A stretch of 56,238 nt of DNA, counting the filler, from Jimgerdemannia flammicorona (taxonomy: Eukaryota), in NCBI GenBank assembly GCA_003990765.1. It is 3 parts of 3 records of this genome, joined end to end, with 100 filler letters (N's around TTAATTAATTAA, not from the genome) between each part and the next. Parts side by side here need not be neighbours in the genome. Positions count along the whole stretch, not along the records: positions 1 to 18,681 come from RBNJ01002137.1; 2 more parts are not named here. One strand, given 5' to 3'. The notes beneath the pieces are model-generated. The model was not told the DNA's origin. It saw nothing but the letters and a program-made list of their open reading frames with translations, and did no database searches. Within the stretch, counting starts at the first letter, position 1, and each line of letters opens with the position of its first letter. Both the position numbers and the translations under genes were made by a program. Of this stretch, positions 1 to 10,394 are shown one piece after another.

Positions 1-410
1 GCCCCCAGCCACTGCCCCTCCAGCCCCTATGCTCGCACCCCCAGCCTGGGGACCTCCCCCCTCCCAAGGCTCGCCTTGTCCTTCCCCACAGCAGCACCAG
101 CCCTGTCTCCAGCTGGCCATCCACTCCCCTTCACCTTGTCAGCAAAGCTCAAGGGACCAGCCTTTCCACCAACACCACCTGTCGCCAGTCCTCCTCAAGA
201 GCCCTTACCACCGTTTGACCCTCCAAAGGCCCCCATCTCCAGGCCATAACCCCTCCCCACTTGCTGCCAGCCGAAAGCCCCAGCTCCCCCCAACCCAGTA
301 TGCCTGTCGGAACTCTTGCTTGAAGACATATTGCTAGTACCTTTACTCCTAGTTGTGTCGAGAACTGTTGCTTGAAGTTTTGTGTAACGTGAATTGTACA
401 GGAGAAAGGC
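1..410 (-). mobile_element. 5' end (5'UTR and ORF1 N-terminus) of an L1/Tx1-like LINE running off the left edge
   Basis: Colinear with the 5' end of the LINE at 42960-43360 (GGAGAFGWQQVGRGYGLEMGAFGGS vs GGPGAFSWQNVRRGYGLGMGAFGGS). Shares the terminal motif tgtaacgtgaat..gagaaaggct with 12479-12507. ORF1 ATG at 329. Confidence 0.85.
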
Positions 411-756
411 TGTCAATAAGACCCTCTTCATCCTTGACTTGCTGGGTATAGTGCAAGAAGTTCGGTGAATAGGGTTTCACCTATTTGCTGGTTTAACTTG
501 AGTACTTCTTTCTTTGAATGAAGTTTGTCCCACTTGTTGCAGGTGTGGAGGTCAAATTGTCCTTGTATGTCAGGTTCAATTCTCTCCAGATTGTCAGATG
601 GTTCAGGATAAATTCCAGTTCAGAGGTTGGGCTTTATACCAACTTGTAGGAATTCGCAGAAGGGTTTGTAGCAGGGTGAGGAAGCGTCTTGAAGCAGAAT
701 TGGATTGTAAACCGCTGCTACCAAGTTGTCAGAGGGTTACTTTTTAGGGTGACCAT
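411..756 (-). pseudogene. Degenerate putative Ty3/Gypsy Gag N-terminal extension, cut off by the LINE
   Basis: Minus-strand translation ends ...TELLALYPASQG*, resembling ...TSRLANYPASEGSQ in the Gag N-terminus at ~34730-34770. The similarity is weak and local. Confidence 0.4.
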
Positions 757-1189
757 TATGTAGTTCTGGAAGGGTTTTCTGGAAGTTCTGGATATTCTGG
801 AAGACCATTTTCTTATGGTCAAGATCAATTTCGTATGGAGTACGTCCTCTATGCTTATTGATTTCAAGATCAGGTTGACATCTCAACCAAAGTCCTTTTC
901 TGGACTAGTTCTGGATGTTCAGGATTTTCTGTATTTCAGGAAGTTCAAGAAACTAAGACCAGCTTAGTTGAATTGGCGTATCGCTGCAGACAATACCCAA
1001 TTAGGAAATTTCGTGACGGGGTTAGGAGTAGGACCTAACAGGGAGCAGATTTACTTAAGAGTGGTTTGTGGGTTATGGAATAGATTTATTTGCTATTCAT
1101 GATATTGCTATACTAGGAGTAGTTGTGTAAAGGGATATTGTGGGGAAGTGCTCAGGAGTTGTGTTCGGATTGTTCAAGTCTGAGATTCT

Positions 1190-1400
1190 GAGGTCTGGGG
1201 GAGGGGGTATTTATACTAGTGAGGGGCTATCTAGACTATGCTAGATATGGATGTAGCACTAAGTGCCTTGCTGAGTCGGAATACAGTCATGTAGTACAAG
1301 TGTGATCTGACATGTCAAGAGATCGTCTGACTGCTGAGTCAGTTCACAGTCACGTCGTACAAGGCTAATCTAACTATACTATGACTGCTAGACTATTTAT
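1190..1400 (-). promoter_or_regulatory. LTR U3-like promoter (TATA box and duplicated TGAGTC enhancer-like module)
   Basis: TATAAATA on the minus strand at 1215-1208. Imperfect direct repeat ctgagtc..cagtca.gt.gtacaag at ~1271-1300 and ~1334-1363. Same layout as the TATA region at ~36001-36010 of the large Gypsy element. Confidence 0.5.
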
Positions 1401-1404
1401 AGGT

Positions 1405-2502
1405 TTAGGTACTATCTGGGTAGTCTTCGATAATATCACTATTGATTGCATCATCTCTGATGAAGTAGTCGTCTAGGAATAATGGTTCGCGGATTACTTC
1501 TCCTTGTTGGCTGAGGTAGTAATACATTGGGACTTCATCTCCATCCCACAGGATAGCATCATCTGTTTCATATGCTGGATAAGGTGTTGGTGGGTGAAGG
1601 ATGGGTGTACTGTCTTCACTTTCATCGGATTCGCTGTCTGCATACCTTCTATAGGTTACAGCACTATGAGTCATGGGGTTGTAGTAAGCTGGCGGCTGTG
1701 GTTCAAGTCGCTCATACTCAGGTGGTGGAGTGGTTGGTTTGATCTTGAGGGTTGTCTGAAGGTACAGGTTGTGTTCTCTGGTCTCTTCATTATAGTTGAA
1801 GTAATCGGGGGTAAATGCGGATTGGTATTTGTGCCAGTGGTCATTGTCCCAATAAGTCTCGTATGCAGTTATGAACTGTTGTAAGTTCATCGGCAAGATT
1901 GGCGGGGTGATCAGGATTGGCAGAGATCCTTGGCTAGAGGTCATGTCGGCATCAGAGGGATCATTGTCTTCTGCTTCATCTTCATCGAAGTGGATTATAT
2001 CGTAGATGTCCTTCATGGCATATCCGACTTGAGGCATTTGCAGAATGTGGTCATCAGGGTGCAGGAAGGTTCTGTCTGTGGTTTCGACATACTCGAGGTA
2101 CTTGTGGTGGAGTTCTTGTATCATGTCATCGATTTGGCCATAGGACAGGGTAGCAACCATTTCGCTGGTAGTGACTCGGAGGCGGGGAATAAAGGTGTTG
2201 TACTCATAGAAGAGTTCTCGATGTTTGCGGGCGATGAGCTTCTGGTGTTGAGACATCTGGGTAATGTCTGTATCATGGTGGTGTTCAACCATATCTTCCA
2301 AGAGGCAGCCGATCTGGTAGTAGCTTGAGATTTGTCCAATTCGGTGGGCCTCGCTAAGCATGTTCAGGGTGTTCCATTGGGCTTCCACGAAGTAGAGGGG
2401 TGCCAGGCTATGGATATTCATGAGGGGCAGAGGGGGTGTGGCTCGGTTGACAATGACATTCCATATGTCAGCGCGGATGCGGTTGTAGATCTCAGTGGTC
2501 AT
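1405..2502 (-). CDS. Intact 365-aa orphan protein: predicted helical N-terminal domain and acidic/Pro/Tyr-rich tail; putative retroelement accessory protein
   Basis: Uninterrupted ORF with an A/C-rich leader (CACACAAACATG), an upstream TATA and retained CpGs. A decayed homologue is at 43717-44589. Confidence 0.8.
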   Translation of the reverse strand: MTTEIYNRIRADIWNVIVNRATPPLPLMNIHSLAPLYFVEAQWNTLNMLSEAHRIGQISSYYQIGCLLEDMVEHHHDTDITQMSQHQKLIARKHRELFYEYNTFIPRLRVTTSEMVATLSYGQIDDMIQELHHKYLEYVETTDRTFLHPDDHILQMPQVGYAMKDIYDIIHFDEDEAEDNDPSDADMTSSQGSLPILITPPILPMNLQQFITAYETYWDNDHWHKYQSAFTPDYFNYNEETREHNLYLQTTLKIKPTTPPPEYERLEPQPPAYYNPMTHSAVTYRRYADSESDESEDSTPILHPPTPYPAYETDDAILWDGDEVPMYYYLSQQGEVIREPLFLDDYFIRDDAINSDIIEDYPDST

Positions 2503-2559
2503 GTTTGTGTGTTTGGAAGTTGTGGTTGTTGTTTGTTTTGGTTCTCTGATCCGACGCGT

Positions 2560-2792
2560 CTCGGTGCTCAGTATATATATGCATTTGATCCTGATTGGTA
2601 AGGTTCCGTTTATATAGATCTTGTGTTCCGTGACTTCATATTGACTCAGCTTTGTATGCTGTGACTTCGGTTTGACTCAGCTTCATGATTAAGCAGGTGA
2701 TTTCCAGATTTGTTCAGAGGTCATGTGTAATTTTGGTGGCTTGTTCAGAGGGTGACGTGTAATTTCAGTAGCTTGGAGGTTGTGCACTTACA
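2560..2792 (-). promoter_or_regulatory. Promoter / LTR-like 5' terminus upstream of the 365-aa ORF
   Basis: Minus strand begins TGTAAG at 2792, a typical Gypsy LTR start. Two pairs of ~31-bp tandem repeats (2630-2683, 2710-2774), two TGACTCA sites (AP-1/Gcn4-type; 2642, 2673) and TATA-like boxes at ~2572-2580 and ~2608-2615. Confidence 0.55.
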
Positions 2793-2799
2793 GCTATAT

Positions 2800-4112
2800 T
2801 TCTCTTGCTAGATAGAAATTAATCCTAATATTACTGAATGTCAAAGTTATGATATCTGGCAAATTATATAGACCTTCTGGCATAAGTGGTAAAGAGATTG
2901 TTGAAGATAGCTAAGGACTGAATTTGGTCCAGAAGGTACAGCCAGATAAGTTGAGAGATCTTGATAGCTTTGATAGATAGGCAAGGTTTAGGTCTAGTGG
3001 ACCTCTCAAAGTGATTGTATTGTCTTAGTACTTAGTAGTTAAAGAGAGTTATTAAGTTACAGAGTTATAAGTAGATACCTTTGATATAAAAGAACTGAGA
3101 GAAAAGATTCTCTCTACAAGAATCTCTGGTAATTTATTATTGATAGTTGAACTATAAGATAGTAAACACTTGTAGTATTAAAGATTCTAGTAGGGGGTTG
3201 AAGAGGGGGCTCACTGAATTGATCTATGATAGTGAGATATAAGGGAGAGATATAATGAAAATCTGCTATATAAAGATAGAAAAGGCTTCTATTAGTAGTT
3301 TACCAATATTGGATTTTGATATTAGTACTAATTTTGAGTGTCAATAGGAGAGAAACAGGATCTGTAACCATTGGGCTGATAATTGGCAGACATTAGTAAG
3401 ATATAGGACTGAGCTAGAGTCTGGTCTTAGTATACTAAGGTGTAGCAGTGGTTTTCTCTAAGGTTCTGGATAGTGTGGTGACATATCTTACAAAGAAATA
3501 TCATATTGAACTTTTAATCAGATCACTTAGTAGATGGAGGGGTTTTTGAGTATAAGGATTTCTACAATTTTAGATAGGTGAAGAGTATTATTCAGATACT
3601 AGAATATTGGTTTGGAGAGTGCAGGATACTTAGTGACTTCTGGGTGAGAGTTGAGAGTTATCTGGGAGTGTGACAGAGAGATAGTAGAGAGGGAGAGAGA
3701 TGAGATAGCTTGAAGGAGCAGTTGGTGAGTTATATCAGTAATAAGTAACTTACTATTAGATGAGTATTAGCAATATAGAGGTTATTGACTAGATACTAGC
3801 AGTGTGTATTTGAGGATAGAAGACAGATGGTTTTCTGAAAAGGATAATAAGGTGAGAAGAATTAATAGTAGATATTCAGTCAGACTGGTGAAAGGCGTGG
3901 GGTTCTCAAGGGGGTCACTGTTGATGTCTGATGGAAGAGATATGTGAGGAGAGTGGTGGGTGGATTGAAATAGTTAATAATATAGTTGTTTTTAAGAGAG
4001 AGAGAGTAGGAGATAAGGAGTGTATTGGGGTAGGTTAGAGTGAGATTGGGTTGGGGCTACTAGTGTATTATGAGGATCTTATAATTATTATAGATTAGTT
4101 AATAAAGAGACC
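2800..4112 (+). mobile_element. Heavily mutated, 5'-truncated LINE copy (3' part of ORF2 and 3'UTR)
   Basis: Translates to SKL*YLANYIDL..., LYCLST**LKRVIKL and QILEYWFGECRILSDFW, matching PKLWYLAYHLDF / LHCLRAWWLRRAVEL / QIPEHWLGECEVLGDFW of better-preserved copies. The 3'UTR matches the reverse complement of 18231-18330. Confidence 0.85.
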
Positions 4113-5911
4113 TAGGATGATAACCTTCATCTTTTTATTAAATTGTTTATAGTTGGTCTTCTTGATTCAGTACTTCTTTTCTCTATAGTTGATTTGAGTA
4201 CCTATTGATAAATATCAATAACTATATTAATTTCTTTCATTCATCTAGTTGATACTAAGGATCATTTTATAAGTAATAGCTTTGATAACAACAGTCTTCA
4301 GAATAGAGAACTAGATATATTCAAGTATGATAGTAGTATTTCATACTTCTTCTAGAGGTTGAGTTTAGGGTTTTAACTTCTGTTCTCTAATATCTCTATA
4401 TAGATATATACTGATCTATCTTTTGGCAGCCTAGATAGTAGTTGGTACAGATTTATGTTATAGGTTTGGAACTTGAACAGTGCTGTATCTGATAGTTCTC
4501 AATAGCTATTTTTAATACCAGGAGATGTCAATTGCAATAATTGCAGGAGAGGAACTTCTATCTTAGCTTCTTGAATATTTTTTCAGACTTTTTTATAGAT
4601 GTCTTGAGGCATAGTCTTTAAGGTATACTTCTTCTTAGATTTCGAAATTGTTGGCTCATATTCTTCCTGCTCTATCTCTTTATCTGTAAAGAGTAGACTT
4701 TCTTTATGAATCATAGTTTCAGAAATAAAAGATAAAGAAGACTTGGGAGATATTTCAAAATACTTCTCCTCATCTTCACTATTTTCCTTCTAAATAGTTT
4801 TTCTATCTACTCTTCTAGATGGTTACCAAATTGCTCTTTTCTTCTCTTCAGTAAGATAAATTGTTTTCTTAGAGATGACATTGACTGGATATAGGTCTAG
4901 ATAACATAGTCTTCACTATTACTTTCTTCAAAGTCTTTTATAGTATAGGCTTTAGTCATTTTATACTCAGTTGCATTCTTTTGATTTGGTAATTCTGAGT
5001 CTCTTTGGTCACCTCTTCTATTGCCACATTCTATACTATAATATTTAAACTGTCCATAGCATAAGTATTGGACTTGAGCTCTAGCTCAGAGTTAATACCT
5101 TCTCTCTTCTTATAACTGATAGTTTCTATTGTCTCTAGGTAAGTAGTCTTGGTTCCCTCATAGTATATAACCCTCTATTATATATCTTATAGGTAGCTCT
5201 AATTATCATATAGTAAGTTTTTTAATTTGCCCAATAAACCTGTCTAGTTTGGAGATGAGGTCTTGGATTTTGTTCTTGTTCTTCTTCTATTTCTTTATAG
5301 ATTTCTTCTCTCTTAAGATACCTTAGAGAATTTCTTGGAGAGTCTTGATCAAGAGGTCTTTTTTGTCTTTTTCATTATTATTTCAAGGATTACTACTTGA
5401 CATTAAATAATCCTTAGACTGTATATAGTTTTTATCAAGTTTCTTAATATCAAGAGTATAGATTTACTGAGTAATATTGAGAGAAATTCTATATATAAAG
5501 TTCATTGGACTAATAATATCTTAATTTGTATTACTGAATCTAGTAGTATATATTCTCTTCTGAATTCTTATAAAGTATACTTCTAGAGATTATCTAAGAA
5601 TCACCTTCATTCTTATAATAGATTTCTGGACTTTGTAATGAGTTTCTATTTCTATATACTTTTTATAAGTCAGTAAGTGATGGCTTCATCCTGATCTACA
5701 TAGTAGTGTATATTTACTATAGCTTGTCCTAGGTCAGTGTTTGGATTATTTAATATTCTAATGAAGATTTATTTAACTGATTATCTCAATTATATCTTGA
5801 AGATGACAATTTGTCTTATGAGAGCAAGTTTCTTCAAAACTGCAATTTCTTCAAAAATATCTGGAATTTCCTTGAGTCTTCTTGGAGGTATTCTGCAAAT
5901 ATAGATAGTGA

Positions 5912-6314
5912 TAGTACTCTCAATAAATTGAATCAAATTGAATTTGACCCAAATTAGATTAGATTTAATTGAATCAAAGATCTAATTCATTTTGATTTAA
6001 ATTAAATAAAGGCTAATTTGATTTGAAATTCAAATTGAAGCATATTTTTCAAATATAATAACTAGATAATATTACATTCAATATTAAATTCCTTTATATA
6101 AATGGAATCTAACAAGCTAAAGATAGTTAAATTTTGAAATATATTTATTAAGTTATTATATTTTGAAAAATAGAGTTTGATTTAAACCCTCAATTTAATT
6201 TGAATTTTATTTGATTCAAACTTTATTCAAATTGAAAAATCCCAAATTAAATTCAATTTAAATGAATCTCATTTTGATTCAATTCAAATTAATTTAATCT
6301 ATTTGAGAGTTCTA
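5912..6314. mobile_element. 403-bp AT-rich MITE, hAT-like
   Basis: Imperfect ~32-bp TIRs starting TAG(T/A)ACTCTCAA. The 8-bp flanks GATAGTGA (5904-5911) and GGTAGTAG (6315-6322) both derive from GGTAGTGG by G>A. Removing the element restores the gag frame. Confidence 0.8.
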
Positions 6315-6580
6315 GGTAGTAGTACTGTTATTTCATCATTACTATCTCCTAGTTCTTCCTCAGTTCATAAATCTGTTTTATTTGTTAAAGATATACTAAG
6401 TCTGGTTGAGCTGCTGAGAGTTGAGAGAGTTGAAGAATATGTACTTGGTCTTTAGAGTACTGGAATTTCTCTTGTTATTCTCAAATATACTATACTTAGA
6501 ACTTCTGCTAGTCCAGATATAGATGAAATAAGTAGGACTTCTAGAGAGAATGAAAATCTGATGATATGGTCTTTAAGTTC

Positions 6581-6650
<70 letters not shown>

Positions 6651-6729
6651 GTCCCTTGTACTCCGTCTTTATTACCAGTCTATGAATAAGTATACAATAT
6701 CACCACCCACTATCCGATCCCCACCAGGG

Positions 6730-9700
6730 GGCCCCTCTCCACCTCTTCATATATAAAGACCACCCTCTTACTAATAACTCCAACTCTCCCACCACTCTGA
6801 CCACAGATTTTCACCACTAAGTGGCGCCTCTGACCCCTGTAGCCCCCAACCAAGCCACCAGCCTGTCAAGGTATCCTCCATAAGGCACTGCCACCATGAT
6901 AACCTGCTCCCCAAGCTCTGTCGCCTCTCCTCCTCAAATACAAATAGCCAGTAACTGGCCAGCCCAACCCAAATAGCCAATGCCCAGCCTAGAGTAATCC
7001 ACTCCTCCCCTACCCCTTCTATCAATCGATCCCTCAGGTCCTCCCACTGCCCCCATATCTCATCACCCCTATGTCTTACCCCCAAGCAGTCCCCAATGGC
7101 CTGCCAAAAGTCTCCCAACACCTCACACTCCCCTAGCCAATGTTCTGGTATCTGTACAAATCCCCCTTCCTGCTCTACATTATGGCACTCCTCACAGTCT
7201 AAGCAGCCCCCTACAACAAGGTGTCCTGAGCGGAAGTTGAGCATCACATTCCTCCTCAGCATGCGCCACTAGACCACCCAGTACTTTGGCGGCATCCAAT
7301 TTTTCACTGCAGCACTCCAGGTCCAAACCCCATTCCAGTCCCACTCCTCACCAATTCCAACTCCTTGCCAACCACCAGGCCACAGATCCTGGCCTGGTCC
7401 CCTTTGGCATTCGATTCCATCACCAATGTTGAACTCAAGTAAAGGCACACCTCCCAGAAGAATGCCATCCCATCTCTACATCCCCAGGCCCCAAGCCCTC
7501 TCCCCCTCATCCCCTCGCCAGTGAATACCAATACAGTGTGCTCCCTCAGCTATCCCCCACCAAAAGCCTTTATATCTCAGTTGCACAATGTTCTGAAGCC
7601 CAACTAATGAAAGAAGATCACCAGTCAAGCCTCTTGGTGATGTCTGCCTCTCCCATACCTTCTGCAGCAGGGGAACCCAGCCCCCACCCCGCAGCTCCAC
7701 TGCCCTTCTAAGCCACCATGCCCTCAAGCAGTGTAGTCTTTTGGGGAAGTCTACCAGCCCAAGACCACTTCTCAACACCGGTAGGGACAAAGTCTCCCAG
7801 CCAATCTGACTCCATCTGCTAGCCCAAATCCATCTCTTAGCCACCTTCACAAATCTCTTCACCACCCAGACTGGGAAGTCCAGATGATAAGCCAAGTACC
7901 ACAGCTTTGGCAGCCAGTATACATTCAAAATCGAGATCCTTCCTGCCAGAGAGAAGTGTCTTCCCCCCCAACCCCACAGGTCCTCCTCCCAAATTCCAAT
8001 CCTCCACTCCCACCACAGTCTGGGCAGAACAGACCCATAGACCAACAAATAGATGCCCAAGTACTGCACTGCCTCTCCGATGGGGACAATTGTTCCAATA
8101 ACTTCTCCACCCACCAGGCCATTGCCCAGCACCATTGTTTCGTACTTGTGACAATTCAACTTTGCCCCAGAGTTCACCTCATACCACTCCACTGTCTTCC
8201 TGAGCTTCTCGACATCCGCAGTCACTCCCAAACCAACCACCATGTCATCTGCAAAGGCTCCAACTTTCCAGCCAACTCTATAGATAGAGAGCCCCACTAT
8301 CCTCTGCCGAATCCTATCCATGAGGGGTTCCAAGGAAAGAGCATACAAAATGGGGGACAGTGGGTCCCCCTGGGGCACTCCCCTACCCAGAGGGAATGCT
8401 ACCCCTCTATACCTATTACACACAAGCGCAGCCCTACTCCTTTCCAGTAGGCTGACCATCGCTGACTGAAATGGGACTGGAACCCCAATTCTATCTAATA
8501 CTTTTGCCAGCCAGACATGCTGCACCCAGTCATAAGCCTTCTTCTGGTCCAAGAAGACAAGATGTCCATCCAGTCCACAGGCTCAAGCACCTTCAATAAC
8601 TCCATGTACCCAGGCCGTGCCATCTCTAATAAGCCAACCCCCTATGAAGCCCCTCTGCTCAACACTCACAATTTGCTGGGCTACCTTCTGTAGCCTTGTG
8701 ACCACCACCATAGTCACCAACTTTCTGTCCATATCTAGTAACATTATCAGCTGCCAGTTCTTCCAATCCTCTTGCCTTCCTTTGTTCTTATAAAGCAGTG
8801 TCACCAGCCCAAGATCCTGCTCCCCCACCCATCTTCCTGACTGCAATATAGAGTCGCACAGTGCTGTCAACTCCCCCAACATGCCTGGGACTCCAACCAT
8901 TTGCTTCCAGAAGTCCCAGGGGAGGCCATCCTCCCCAGGCGCCATACCCAAGGCTGTCGCGGCAAGAACCTGGTGAATCTCGTCCTCCTTTTCAGGCATC
9001 ACCAGATCACCTAATCCCTCAGCATGTGGTGGGTGCCAATCTTCTAATGTTTGGTCAATAGCTGTAGCATCTGCCCCACCCTCCTCCTCACTCCACAATC
9101 CACTCCATCATGCCTTCAGCATTCCAAGGATATCCTGTACACCATGTACTAGTATATCATCCAAGTCAAGTACCCCTTCCCACCGCTGCTGTACCCTTCT
9201 CGCTCGAAGTATCCTTATGAGAAACTTGGAAGGCCTCTCCCCTTCCTCCAGCCCCTGCCAACAAAGCCATGCCACCAGGCCTTGTATCCTTGACTCTTCC
9301 TCTTCCTGCAGCACCTGTTGTAGTTCCCCAACCTCCATCTTCACCCTCGTTATTCTCCAATCCTCTTCTCCCTCCGCTACTGCCAGTCTTGCCCACTCCT
9401 CCAGGAGCCTGGCCAATCTAGTAGAAGCCCAATGCACTCTCTGCCTATGTTGCTTCCCAGCCACTCTGCCAGCCTCGCTCCAAAACATCCCGGCCATCTC
9501 TTTTATCCTCATCTACCGAACCCCAATTGCGGCCCCTTCCTACTGCCAATTCGCCACCTTCAGCTGAATGACTTTTGTCCACTCCTCTGACCAAGACTCA
9601 TCATCCAACAAGGAGGAATTTAGGCGCCAATGTCCAGGCCCATCACCACTTCCCCCAAAACACCCCTGTCCCAAAAGCCCCCAGTGATCTGACCATGGAC

Positions 9701-10364
9701 ACCATTCTACCTCTAGCACCTTCCAAACATTGCAGCCCAAGCAGTCAGCCATCAGAATCCAGTCAATACTTGTCCCCAGACCTCCAGCCCAATGTGTATA
9801 TACCCTCCTGTCCCCCCAGTACTCCCTACCAGCATCCACCAGTGCCCCTAGCCTTTCAACCTCCTCCCACACTGCCAGCCCCCCACTCCTGCTCTCAGCA
9901 CCCTGTCCTCCATCAGTTCTATCCAGCCATACATCCCGAACCATATTGAAATCTCCTCCAAGCATATCCAACCCAGCTTCAGCAAGGATCCCACTCTCCA
10001 GGAGCCCTTTCACCCAATCCACATACTCCCCCTGCACAGCAGGGCAGTAACAGGAGCCAACTGTAACTGGCTCCCAACCTGCATGAATCCACTCACCCCA
10101 GACCAGTCTCTCCCCCCAGCTCCTCACATCTCTTATCTCTCCTCTGCCTTTCCAAACCAGAATCCCGACCTTGCTATTCCAAATCACTATGCCACCCCAT
10201 TCCTTAGTCCATTCCATCCTATCAGAATCATCCTTGCACCTGACATCCTGCAAGAGGAAGAGATCAGCCTCCAATCCCTTCAGCCAAATAAAAATGTTCC
10301 TGCATCTAACTGTGCCCCTTAGCCCATTCACATTCAAAGAAAAAATGTTGGTTGTACTGTTCAT
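6730..10364 (-). pseudogene. LINE ORF2: APE endonuclease, reverse transcriptase, C-terminal CCHC
   Basis: Motifs IFSLNVNGL, LLQD, GGDFN, IDWIL and SDH (APE); PGEDG, DQKKAYD, GVPQGDPLSP and FADD (RT); CEEC...EHWLGEC. Several in-frame stops. Confidence 0.92.
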
Positions 10365-10394
10365 AATGAAATACGGTTTGTACTCAATCAATCT

